From: Kaistella sp.
GTDB lineage: Bacteria; Bacteroidota; Bacteroidia; Flavobacteriales; Weeksellaceae
Reading direction: 5' to 3'
Assembly (NCBI GenBank): GCA_047637995.1
Contig: JBLJBP010000055.1
Coordinates: 8,235 to 72,234 of the forward strand
Length of the DNA: 64,000 nucleotides
Shown here one piece after another: positions 20,776 through 28,904 of this stretch; the first letter of the stretch is position 1, and each line of letters begins with the position of its first letter. Position numbers and translations under genes: made by a program. The notes under the pieces were generated by a model. The model did not search any database. It was not told the DNA's origin and saw nothing but the letters and a program-made list of their open reading frames with translations.

Positions 20776-21039
20776 ACATCGTTTAAAACTCAAGAAAACC
20801 CTCATAATAAATTGGCAGCATTTCATTACTAATATTGAAATTACTGAAAAGTTTTCAAGCAATTAATCGTTTTAAAAAATAAAATTATTTATCTTTATGA
20901 TTGCAAAATAAACATAAAACAAAACCAATTTATAGAGAAGTACAATTTATAATGGTTCTATAGTTTTTAATTTGTTAGTTTGCAAAAGCAGTGAAGCGGT
21001 AGAAAAACCTGTATTCATCAACATTAAAAAAAAGAAAAA

Positions 21040-21507
21040 ATGGGAAAGAGAAAAACGGTGGGCATCACGTTCAGTTGTTTTGATTTGCTTCATGCGGGTC
21101 ATGTGCAAATGCTGGAAGAGGCAAAATCTCAATGTGATTATCTGATGGTAGGCCTGCAAACTGATCCTACGATAGACAGACCTGAAAAGAACAAACCCAC
21201 GCAAAGCATTGTAGAGCGCTATACGCAATTGAGAAGCTGCAAATTTGTTGATGAAATCATTCCTTATGATACCGAGAAAGATTTAGAAGATATTTTAAAA
21301 CTCTACAAAATAGATGTAAGAATTTTGGGAGTAGAATACCGCGACAAAGATTTTACAGGAAAACAATATTGTGAAGACAATGGAATAACCCTGTATTACA
21401 ATGATAGAGACCATAGATTTTCAAGCACCAATTTACGAAAAGAAGTCCACAGGAGCGAAGATTCAAAGCTTAAACTAAAAACCAACAGCGTTCCTAAGTT
21501 AAATTGA
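21040..21507 (+). CDS. Cytidylyltransferase-family protein (glycerol-3-phosphate cytidylyltransferase TagD-like)
   Basis: GITFSCFDLLHAGH (HxGH nucleotidyltransferase motif). Length 155 aa. Confidence 0.75.
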   Translation: MGKRKTVGITFSCFDLLHAGHVQMLEEAKSQCDYLMVGLQTDPTIDRPEKNKPTQSIVERYTQLRSCKFVDEIIPYDTEKDLEDILKLYKIDVRILGVEYRDKDFTGKQYCEDNGITLYYNDRDHRFSSTNLRKEVHRSEDSKLKLKTNSVPKLN

Positions 21508-21530
21508 ACCTCGAATCAATTAGCAAAAAA

Positions 21531-21561
21531 AGCCGGTTCCAAATTTTTTGGAACCGGCTTT
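21531..21561. terminator. Bidirectional terminator between convergent genes
   Basis: Perfect 13-bp stem agccggttccaaa/tttggaaccggct with loop ttt. An A-run upstream gives a T-run for the minus-strand rlpA-like gene. Confidence 0.8.
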
Positions 21562-21581
21562 ACAATAACTAAAAATAGTTT

Positions 21582-21962
21582 TTAATCGTTGTAATCAATG
21601 ATTTCATATTCTATCGGCATAGTACCTCTGGCGGTGTTTCCTATGGCTGCAAAAGCTGCTTTAGAAAGATCCAGCGCTCTGGAAGAATGAAAAGGACCGC
21701 GGTCATTCACTTCCACTACTACACTTTTTCCGGTTCTCAGATTGGTCACTTTAAGAAGTGTACCAAAAGGAAGAACTCTGTTTGCGGCGGTGAACTTTGA
21801 ATTGCTAAAAATCTCTCCGCTCGCTGTTTTTCTACCATTAAACTTATCGTGGTAGAACGATGCAAAACTTGTTTTGGCATCTTCGGTTTTATTTATACTA
21901 AATGAAAATAAACCGAAAGTTGAAATCATCATGATGACTAGGAGAATACCTCTTTGAATCAT
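21582..21962 (-). CDS. RlpA-like septal ring lytic transglycosylase (DPBB domain) protein
   Basis: ORF 21582..22028, with the internal ATG at 21962 (MIQRGILLVIMMISTFGLFSF signal) preferred. Motifs GRKTASGE and LKVTNLRTGKSVVVEVNDRGPF. Confidence 0.75.
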   Translation of the reverse strand: MIQRGILLVIMMISTFGLFSFSINKTEDAKTSFASFYHDKFNGRKTASGEIFSNSKFTAANRVLPFGTLLKVTNLRTGKSVVVEVNDRGPFHSSRALDLSKAAFAAIGNTARGTMPIEYEIIDYND

Positions 21963-22216
21963 TTTGAATTGTTTTTTTGGGTTTTGACTCTGCAAATTTA
22001 TCCCGAAAAACTTTTTTGCAACACTCAACTAGTTAAACTCCGTTAAAGAACTGTTAATATTTTCTTAACTACTCCTCTCGCTTCGCTGATACTGCTGCTT
22101 GACAAAGGTTCTTAAATTATGTTAAAAAACACTCTTAAATGTTAACTTTATTAACTAATTATTACATAACACCATTAGACCACAAGACCTAAACAATTGA
22201 CAACCAATTATCTAGC

Positions 22217-22248
22217 ATAAAAAATCACCTCTAAATTTTAGAAGTGAT
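22217..22248 (-). terminator. Rho-independent terminator of rimO
   Basis: On the minus strand: atcacttcta-aaat-ttagaggtgat (one G-U pair) followed by tttttat. Confidence 0.6.
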
Positions 22249-22282
22249 TATTAGGTCTATTTTTTTTCAAAAACTTCCTTCT

Positions 22283-23587
22283 TTATGGAACTATTTCGCC
22301 ATAAAGATCAAATTCTGAGGCTGAACTTATTTTGACATTAGCAAAACTTCCAATAGAAATGTAGGTATTTTCTGCTGGCACTAAAACGGTGTTGTCAACA
22401 TCAGGCGAATCATATTCTGTTCTACCCACGAAATAGTTTCCTTCTTTTCTATCAAAAATACAATTGAAAGTTTTCCCTATTTTCAATTGGTTTTTATCCC
22501 AAGAAATCTGGGCTTGTAGCTCCATAATCTCTTCTACCCTTTTCTCTTTCACTTCCTGAGGCACATCATCTTCTAAGACAAACGCGGTGGTATTTTCTTC
22601 ATGAGAATAGGTAAAACATCCCAATCTATCGAATTTTTGCTGCGCAACCCATTCTTTCATTTCCTGAAATTTCTCTTCAGTTTCTCCTGGAAAACCTACA
22701 ATTAAAGTAGTTCTGATTGCCATATCTGGAACTTGGGTTCTAAACTTATCTAGAAGTGCATTGGTTTTCTCATGCGAAGTTCCGCGTTTCATGGCTTTGA
22801 GAATATCAGAATTGATATGCTGCAAAGGAATATCGATATAGTTACAAACTTTGGGTTCCTTTTTAATGATCTCTAAAACATCTTCCGGAAAACCAGTTGG
22901 GAACGCATAATGCAGTCGAATCCACTCGATTCCTTCTACTTTCACCAATTTCAAAAGCAAATCTCCTAAAGCTCTTTTTTTGTAAAGATCTAATCCATAG
23001 TAGGTTAAATCTTGCGCAATCAGGATCAATTCTTTCACACCTTTTTTCGCGAGTTTTTCAGCTTCAATTACTAAATTCTCAATAGGAGTAGAAATGTTTT
23101 TACCGCGCATTAAAGGAATTGCACAAAAAGAACACGGTCTATCGCAACCTTCAGAAATTTTCAGGTATGCGTAATGTTTTGGGGTAGTGGTCAGTCTTTC
23201 GCCCACCAATTCATGTTTGTAATCAGCTCCCAAATGCTTAAGCAAAATCGGTAGATCTCTGGTACCGAAATACTGATCCACATCAGGGATTTCACGCACC
23301 AAATCTGGTTTGTATCTTTCAGAAAGACAGCCGGTAACGAAAACCTTCTCTACCTCGCCACGATTTTTAGCCTCTACAAATTCTAAAATAGTATTGATAG
23401 ATTCTTCTTTTGCATTGTCTATAAAACCACAAGTATTGATCACCACGATGTCTCCTTTGTCCTCATGAACCACTTCTTTTCCATTGGCTTCTAACTGACC
23501 CATTAAAACTTCTGAATCATAGACATTTTTGGAGCAACCTAAAGTTACAATATTGATTTTCTTTTTTCCTACTGATTTCGTGCGCAT
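22283..23587 (-). CDS. rimO: Ribosomal protein S12 methylthiotransferase
   Basis: MTTase N-terminal domain (INIVTLGCSKN), radical SAM motif CDRPCSFCAIP, C-terminal TRAM domain. Confidence 0.9.
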   Translation of the reverse strand: MRTKSVGKKKINIVTLGCSKNVYDSEVLMGQLEANGKEVVHEDKGDIVVINTCGFIDNAKEESINTILEFVEAKNRGEVEKVFVTGCLSERYKPDLVREIPDVDQYFGTRDLPILLKHLGADYKHELVGERLTTTPKHYAYLKISEGCDRPCSFCAIPLMRGKNISTPIENLVIEAEKLAKKGVKELILIAQDLTYYGLDLYKKRALGDLLLKLVKVEGIEWIRLHYAFPTGFPEDVLEIIKKEPKVCNYIDIPLQHINSDILKAMKRGTSHEKTNALLDKFRTQVPDMAIRTTLIVGFPGETEEKFQEMKEWVAQQKFDRLGCFTYSHEENTTAFVLEDDVPQEVKEKRVEEIMELQAQISWDKNQLKIGKTFNCIFDRKEGNYFVGRTEYDSPDVDNTVLVPAENTYISIGSFANVKISSASEFDLYGEIVP

Positions 23588-23606
23588 TATAAAAAAAATT
23601 TGGGCG

Positions 23607-23614
23607 CAAAGGTA
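23607..23614 (-). promoter_or_regulatory. -7 promoter box candidate (TACCTTTG) for rimO
   Basis: Matches TAnnTTTG 19 nt upstream of the ATG at 23587. Confidence 0.3.
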
Positions 23615-23680
23615 GTGATATAATTGCAGAATACTTGAAGATTAGGTTCTAAAACTTCAGCAATTATGTGTTTAAATGGC

Positions 23681-23708
23681 AGTCTGGAGTCCGTAGTCCG
23701 AGGTCGGG
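23681..23708. repeat. Degenerate heptamer tandem repeat (AGTCCGN x4)
   Basis: Units agtctgg agtccgt agtccga ggtcggg. Confidence 0.7.
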
Positions 23709-23715
23709 AGTATTT

Positions 23716-23744
23716 GAGTGATTGAGTGATTGGGTGATGGATTG
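23716..23744. repeat. Octamer tandem repeat (GAGTGATT family)
   Basis: Units gagtgatt gagtgatt gggtgatg gattg. The same unit family recurs at 28848..28901. Confidence 0.75.
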
Positions 23745-23790
23745 CGTTTGTCCGTCCGCAGAAGTCTTTTCAGCCCAGTACACCGCCCGC

Positions 23791-23881
23791 ATCTCGCATC
23801 TCGGATCTCGGTTCTCGGCTCTCGGTTCTCGGCTCTCGGATCTCGGCTCTCCGCTCTCGGCTCTCAGTTCTCAGCTCTCGG
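23791..23881. repeat. Heptamer tandem repeat, 13 units of NTCTCGG
   Basis: Units atctcgc atctcgg atctcgg ttctcgg ctctcgg ttctcgg ctctcgg atctcgg ctctccg ctctcgg ctctcag ttctcag ctctcgg, covering exactly 91 bp. GC-rich relative to its surroundings. Confidence 0.9.
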
Positions 23882-23958
23882 AAAAAACACAGAATACCAT
23901 GTATTTATCAAAATATACAATTAACTTTACAATTCAAACCCAAAAAAAACCATAGAAA

Positions 23959-24408
23959 ATGAAAAGAAAACCTTTATTACTAATGACTACCGCAATGGTA
24001 TTTTCATTGCTAATGTCTTGTGATGCTATGATTCCCACTAATGATCCTTACAATCAAGGTAGCAGCTACCCTAGCCCTGGCCCTGCAAGTATAGGAGAAA
24101 ATTTCAGTGGGAACTATACCAACCAAGGAGATCCTAACCGCGCAAGCACTTTCACACTCAACCTTTCACAATCTGGAAACCATATTTCTGGTACCGCAAG
24201 AAATAGTACCGGCGATGGCGATGATTCTGGTTTGCTTTCTGTAGATGGTTACATCGATGGTGATGTAGCTAATATCCAGTTTTTTGACCAAAGAGGAAAC
24301 ATGATTGCAAATGGAGTTTTGAGCCATAATGACGGTGCTTATAGCTTTATTCAAAACTCAAGCTCTACCATTATCCCAGCAGAATCTTACCTTTATAGAG
24401 GAAGATAA
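23959..24408 (+). CDS. Lipoprotein carrying one copy of an uncharacterised ~100-aa domain
   Basis: Signal peptide and lipobox-like LLMSC. The domain FSGNYTNQGD...LLSVDGYIDGDVANIQFFDQRGN...SYLYRGR is shared with 25044..25775. Confidence 0.6.
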   Translation: MKRKPLLLMTTAMVFSLLMSCDAMIPTNDPYNQGSSYPSPGPASIGENFSGNYTNQGDPNRASTFTLNLSQSGNHISGTARNSTGDGDDSGLLSVDGYIDGDVANIQFFDQRGNMIANGVLSHNDGAYSFIQNSSSTIIPAESYLYRGR

Positions 24409-24454
24409 TGCGATGATTGCGCTTAAAAATTAATTCAACTAAAAAACAAAACAA

Positions 24455-25033
24455 ATGAAAAAAATATTTCTATACTCAGTTCTACTCCTTGCATTTGTGC
24501 AGTGCAAAAAAGCAGAACAAAGCCCTGAAAATAATGCCGTAAAAACAGATTCTTCAGCAACAAAAAGTACTGAAGCCTTAGAAAATGGATTTATTGCTGT
24601 GGGTGATAGCGTAGAGATTCCAAAATTTCGCTTAGAAGTAAATCTTTCTGATGATGCCGTGAAAAAACTAAACGACAAGAAAGAGAGCTTCATCGTGAGT
24701 TTCTATTTCTATGGTCTGCCAAAAGATTCTGCACAACTCACAGAGGTTGCTAAAAAGAATTTAGATATAACAGGCATAAGGCTACTAAAAAAAGACACTG
24801 AAATCAGAGATGTGAAACAAACCAACGAAATAGATTTCAGCGGTTTGAAAATTCCGAAAAATCTTTATGATGCCCTCGCAGATAAATCCGTTTCCATCAA
24901 TATTAATATTTTCAGCGGTCGCCGTGCTTTTGAAGACAATATTTTGGATATGGAATTTTATGATGGCCCATTCAATGACATTACCAAACATTCAGGATTT
25001 ATCAACCTCAACGGAAAACTTCTTCAACCTTAA
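24455..25033 (+). CDS. Lipoprotein, unknown function
   Basis: MKKIFLYSVLLLAFVQC (lipobox-like). No recognisable motif. Confidence 0.6.
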   Translation: MKKIFLYSVLLLAFVQCKKAEQSPENNAVKTDSSATKSTEALENGFIAVGDSVEIPKFRLEVNLSDDAVKKLNDKKESFIVSFYFYGLPKDSAQLTEVAKKNLDITGIRLLKKDTEIRDVKQTNEIDFSGLKIPKNLYDALADKSVSININIFSGRRAFEDNILDMEFYDGPFNDITKHSGFINLNGKLLQP

Positions 25034-25043
25034 AAAAAAGACG

Positions 25044-25775
25044 ATGAATAAAACAACACAATTATTAGGAAAAACAATGGCAGTGGCACTTTTAGGAATT
25101 TCTTTGGCACAAGCCCAAACCTACACCGGGAAATTCTCTAGTGAAGGAGACATTACAGCAAAAGGAATTATGACCATGGAACTCACCCAAACCAAAGCAA
25201 AAGTAGATGGTGTGGCTACCTACAAATCTTTTGACAATTCTGTAGATGCAGGTTTGCTTTCAGTGAATGGCTATGTGAAAGATGGTACCGCCTACGTCAG
25301 ATTGCGAGACCAACGCGGTGGAACGGTAGCAGATGGCGATATTCATTTCCAAGGAAACTCCATGATTCATTTCACCCAAAGCACTGCCAGCAGCTCTGTA
25401 CCGAAATCTGCATACCTCTATTCTGAAAAAGCGGCGAAACCTGCAGCAGCAGCACCCGTGAACAATTCTTATTTCACCGGAAATTATTCTAATGAAGGAG
25501 ATACTACCTCCAAAGGAATTCTCTCTTTTGAGATGAAGCAAACCGGGACAAAATTAGAAGGAACTGCAAAATACACCGCATTCGATAATTCCGTAGATAC
25601 AGGAATAATTTCTGTGAACGGCTATACCAAAGATGGCGTAGGCTATGTGAGATTTAGAGATTCAAATGGAAATACTTTGGCTGATGGCACTCTGAAAAAA
25701 TCAGGAACCAACACCGTTTTTGATCAGACCACCAATTCTACTTGGCTCCCCAAAAAAGCGTTTCTATACCGATAA
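25044..25775 (+). CDS. Secreted protein with two tandem copies of the same ~100-aa domain
   Basis: ORF 24867..25775 overlaps the previous gene, so the ATG at 25044 (MNKTTQLLGKTMAVALLGISLAQAQ signal) is preferred. Internal repeats YTGKFSSEGD...LLSVNGYVKDGTAYVRLRDQRGG...AYLYSEK and FTGNYSNEGD...IISVNGYTKDGVGYVRFRDSNGN...AFLYR. Confidence 0.65.
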   Translation: MNKTTQLLGKTMAVALLGISLAQAQTYTGKFSSEGDITAKGIMTMELTQTKAKVDGVATYKSFDNSVDAGLLSVNGYVKDGTAYVRLRDQRGGTVADGDIHFQGNSMIHFTQSTASSSVPKSAYLYSEKAAKPAAAAPVNNSYFTGNYSNEGDTTSKGILSFEMKQTGTKLEGTAKYTAFDNSVDTGIISVNGYTKDGVGYVRFRDSNGNTLADGTLKKSGTNTVFDQTTNSTWLPKKAFLYR

Positions 25776-25785
25776 AAAAGGCCCT

Positions 25786-25820
25786 AAAAAAACTGTTTGA
25801 TGTGTCAGACAGTTTTTTTT
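25786..25820. terminator. Bidirectional terminator between convergent 25044..25775 and rfbA
   Basis: Stem aactgtttga/tcagacagtt (one G-U pair) with loop tgtg, flanked by an A-run upstream and T8 downstream. Confidence 0.8.
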
Positions 25821-25824
25821 AGTT

Positions 25825-26685
25825 TTAATCTATAAGTTTTCTGAGATAATCTCCGTATCCGCTTTTGCCATATTTTGTAGCGGAAACCAAGAGCTGTTCC
25901 CTATCGATGAAACCTTTGCTGTATGCAATTTCTTCAATGCATGAAATTTTAAAACCTTGTCTTTTTTCCAGCACTTTCACAAACTCAGAAGCATCGTGCA
26001 GAGAGTCAAAAGTTCCGGTGTCTAGCCAAGCGGTTCCTCGGCTCATGACGCCCACTTCTAACTGACCTTTTTCCAGATAAATTTTGTTAATATCTGTGAT
26101 TTCTAATTCCCCTCTTGGCGATGGTTTCAGATTTTTGGCATATTCTACCACAGAATTATCGTAGAAATAGAGTCCTGGCACAGCAAAATTAGATTTTGGT
26201 TCAGAAGGTTTTTCTTCAATGGAGATTGCTTTTTTATCAGCATCAAATTCTACCACGCCGTATCTTTCAGGATCAGTAACTTGATAGGCGAAAACACAGC
26301 CACCTTTAACATTGGTTTTACTTTCCAGAAGTTGCTGTAAACCTGAGCCATAAAAAATATTATCGCCCAAAACCAGCGCCACAGCATCATCACCGATGAA
26401 ATCTTCTCCTAAGATGAAAGCTTGTGCTAAACCATCTGGACTTGGCTGCACTTTATATTCAAATCTGCAACCAATTTGTGAGCCATCACCTAGTAGTTTT
26501 TTAAACGCATCTACATCATGAGGAGTAGTGATAATAAGGATTTCTCTGATCCCTGCAAGCAGTAAAGTAGAAAGAGGATAGTAAATCATGGGTTTGTCAT
26601 AAACTGGCATGAGTTGTTTGCTTACTGCGATGGTCAGAGGATAAAGTCTGGTTCCGGAACCTCCGGCGAGGATTATTCCTTTCAT
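25825..26685 (-). CDS. rfbA: Glucose-1-phosphate thymidylyltransferase
   Basis: [35 protein letters not shown]. Length 286 aa. Confidence 0.95.
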   Translation of the reverse strand: MKGIILAGGSGTRLYPLTIAVSKQLMPVYDKPMIYYPLSTLLLAGIREILIITTPHDVDAFKKLLGDGSQIGCRFEYKVQPSPDGLAQAFILGEDFIGDDAVALVLGDNIFYGSGLQQLLESKTNVKGGCVFAYQVTDPERYGVVEFDADKKAISIEEKPSEPKSNFAVPGLYFYDNSVVEYAKNLKPSPRGELEITDINKIYLEKGQLEVGVMSRGTAWLDTGTFDSLHDASEFVKVLEKRQGFKISCIEEIAYSKGFIDREQLLVSATKYGKSGYGDYLRKLID

Positions 26686-26719
26686 TGTTTTGAGGTTAAT
26701 TGTTCTTTAGTCATCCTTG

Positions 26720-26727
26720 CAAAAGTA
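26720..26727 (-). promoter_or_regulatory. -7 promoter box candidate (TACTTTTG) for rfbA
   Basis: Matches TAnnTTTG 34 nt upstream of the ATG at 26685, inside the ORF6N-rfbA spacer. Confidence 0.3.
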
Positions 26728-26761
26728 GTGTTTTCATTTTTTGTTTTATCTTAAAAGCCCT

Positions 26762-27640
26762 CTATATTATTGCAATTTCTTTATCATTTCCTCTGCATTC
26801 AGCGAAATTTTTGAAAAATGCAAACCATTTTTTTCCCAAGTCTTTCAAAGAAGCGCCGATGAGATAGATTTCTTGTCTATCGATAATCAAAAAACGGTCG
26901 TGAGTTTTTGCAAATTCCTTCACTTCTATTTTATCATATTGGGCATTGAATTTCTGAATGTCTAAATAAAATTGCTTGGAAATCTTTTGCGTATATATTT
27001 CAGCAGTTACATTTTTGCTACGTTTTAAAAGCAAAGTCAATACAGTTTCATCTACAAAATTATCTATTAAAATAATAGATGATTTTGCTGATTTTATTAA
27101 ATCTGTTACAAAAATCCAAGCATCGAAAATTTGCCCATCATAGAAAATCCCTTGTTGTGGAGAAGGGTTTAATTCTAACGCTTTAAAAATTTTTTCAAAT
27201 TTTTGGTCAGTATCCAATTGTTTCGACTCTACTTTCTCTAAGCGAGAAAAAAGAACTTGATTGTTTTGCAAAAGTTTGCGCATTGACACAAAAGCATTGA
27301 TGATCTGGATGCTGACTTTTACAGCGGGGCTACTTCGTGAAACAGCGGAAAGCATCGCAACACCTTGCTCTGTAAAAACGTAGGGATTGCTTGAAGAATA
27401 TTTTAGCGTTTCAAAGCGTTCGCAATTTGCGACCAGTTCATTTTTTTCGTCATCATTAAGCTGAAATCGAAAAGCTTCGGGAAATCGTTCAATATTCCTT
27501 TTCACTTGCTCATTCAGTCTTTTTACTTCCACTTCATATAATTCTGCCAAGTCTCTATCAATCATCACTTGAAACCCTTGAATTGTAAAAATTCTGTTCT
27601 CAATTTGCGTTTGTGATAGATTGTTTTCCTTGTTCATCAT
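26762..27640 (-). CDS. ORF6N (KilA-N-like) DNA-binding domain fused to a Nuc/PLD-like C-terminal domain
   Basis: N-terminus IFTIQGFQVMIDRDLAELYEVEVKRLNEQVKRNIERFPEAFRFQL (ORF6N pattern). C-terminus SAKSSIILIDNFVD...THDRFLIIDRQEIYLIGASLKDLG resembles the Nuc-type HxK(x)4D(x)6GSxN signature with K replaced by R. Confidence 0.7.
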   Translation of the reverse strand: MMNKENNLSQTQIENRIFTIQGFQVMIDRDLAELYEVEVKRLNEQVKRNIERFPEAFRFQLNDDEKNELVANCERFETLKYSSSNPYVFTEQGVAMLSAVSRSSPAVKVSIQIINAFVSMRKLLQNNQVLFSRLEKVESKQLDTDQKFEKIFKALELNPSPQQGIFYDGQIFDAWIFVTDLIKSAKSSIILIDNFVDETVLTLLLKRSKNVTAEIYTQKISKQFYLDIQKFNAQYDKIEVKEFAKTHDRFLIIDRQEIYLIGASLKDLGKKWFAFFKNFAECRGNDKEIAII

Positions 27641-27644
27641 TACA

Positions 27645-27652
27645 CAAAAATA
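27645..27652 (-). promoter_or_regulatory. -7 promoter box candidate (TATTTTTG) for the ORF6N gene
   Basis: Matches TAnnTTTG. The final G is 4 nt from the ATG at 27640, the same leaderless geometry as dusB. Confidence 0.3.
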
Positions 27653-27764
27653 ACAGTTTTTCTATTTCTATTTTCATAAAAATTCTGAAATCAATTACAG
27701 TGCAAATAAATATGTATTAAATCTATTAAAATTATGAAAATTACATCTCAAACTAATACTTCAA

Positions 27765-28844
27765 TTATTCATACTGCTTGCTATAGTATTTCTGGTAATC
27801 TCCTGAAGTTACATGGTCTAGCCATTCTTTGTTTTCTAGGAACCAATCTATTGTTTCAGAAAGTCCTTCTTCGAAGGTTACGCTGGGTTTCCAGCCCAGA
27901 TCTTCTGCGAGTTTTGTAGCATCGATGGCGTAGCGTTTGTCATGCCCTGGTCTGTCTTTCACAAAGGTGATGAGTTTTTCAGAAAAGCCCTGAGGTTTTC
28001 CAGTTTTCTCATCCACTTGTTTGATGAGCTCTTTCACCAAATTGATATTCTGCCACTCATTCCAACCACCGATGTTATAGGTTTTCCCGGTTTTTGCTTC
28101 ATGGAAAATCTGGAAGATTGCTTTGGCATGATCTATTACATACAGCCAATCTCTGGTGTACTTTCCATCACCATAAATAGGCAAAGGTTTTTCATTCAGG
28201 ATATTATGAATACATAATGGAATTAGTTTTTCCGGAAAGTGATTAGGTCCATAATTATTAGAGCAATTAGAAATAATAAAGGGCATTCCGTAGGTATTTC
28301 CATAGGCTCTCACCAAATGATCAGATGCTGCTTTCGATGCAGAATAAGGGGATTTCGGATCGTAAGAAGTTTCTTCAGTAAAGAATCCAGTTTCGCCCAA
28401 AGCGCCATAAACCTCATCAGTAGAAACATGGTAGAAGAGGTTGGTTCTGGTTTCATCTGGGAAATTTCCATGTTGATGATCGGGGTTTAGAGTCCAGAAC
28501 TCTTTAGCTAAATTCAGCAAATTGGCAGTTCCGTTTACATTGGTATTGATGAATGCATTGGGATCTGTAATGCTTCTATCCACATGAGATTCTGCGGCGA
28601 GATGCACCACTGCATCGGGTTTATATTTTTCAAAAACCTTTTGAAGTTCTTCGGGTTTTGTGATGTCTGCTTTCTCGAAAACGTAGTTAGGTTCGTTTTC
28701 AATATCTTTTAAATTTTCAAGATTTCCGGCGTAAGTTAAAGCATCGAGGTTGATAATTTTAGTTTGCGGAAGATTTTTCACAAATTCGCGTACAACGTGA
28801 GATCCTATGAATCCGGCACCGCCGGTTATAATGATAGCGTTCAT
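27765..28844 (-). CDS. rfbB: dTDP-glucose 4,6-dehydratase
   Basis: ITGGAGFIGSH, STDEVYG, YSASKAASDHL. Length 359 aa. Confidence 0.95.
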   Translation of the reverse strand: MNAIIITGGAGFIGSHVVREFVKNLPQTKIINLDALTYAGNLENLKDIENEPNYVFEKADITKPEELQKVFEKYKPDAVVHLAAESHVDRSITDPNAFINTNVNGTANLLNLAKEFWTLNPDHQHGNFPDETRTNLFYHVSTDEVYGALGETGFFTEETSYDPKSPYSASKAASDHLVRAYGNTYGMPFIISNCSNNYGPNHFPEKLIPLCIHNILNEKPLPIYGDGKYTRDWLYVIDHAKAIFQIFHEAKTGKTYNIGGWNEWQNINLVKELIKQVDEKTGKPQGFSEKLITFVKDRPGHDKRYAIDATKLAEDLGWKPSVTFEEGLSETIDWFLENKEWLDHVTSGDYQKYYSKQYE

Positions 28845-28847
28845 TTT

Positions 28848-28901
28848 GAGTGATTGAGTGGATTGAGTGATTGACCAATTGAGTGGGTTAAGTGATTGAT
28901 G
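28848..28901. repeat. GAGTGATT-family octamer/nonamer repeat filling the rfbC-rfbB spacer
   Basis: Units gagtgatt gagtggatt gagtgatt gaccaatt gagtgggtt aagtgatt gatg. Occupies essentially the whole 60-nt intergenic spacer. Confidence 0.75.
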
Positions 28902-28904
28902 TTT

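Noticed and set aside
23791-23881. Possible CRISPR array
   Set aside because: The units are 7 bp and contiguous with no spacers, and no cas genes are present in the window. This is a microsatellite-type tandem repeat.
23722-23955. 77-aa and 64-aa ORFs (23722..23955, 23730..23924) with SRFSALGSRLS-type periodic sequence
   Set aside because: They are translation artefacts of the 7-bp tandem repeat, giving 21-bp periodicity. There is no credible start context and the composition is low-complexity.
24867-25043. N-terminal extension of the 302-aa ORF overlapping 24455..25033
   Set aside because: It overlaps the preceding gene in another frame by 167 nt. A typical signal peptide starts at the internal ATG at 25044.
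26741-26965. 74-aa plus-strand ORF at the rfbA/ORF6N junction
   Set aside because: It is antisense to the 3-prime end of the ORF6N-PLD-like gene, with no motif and hydrophobic low-complexity sequence.
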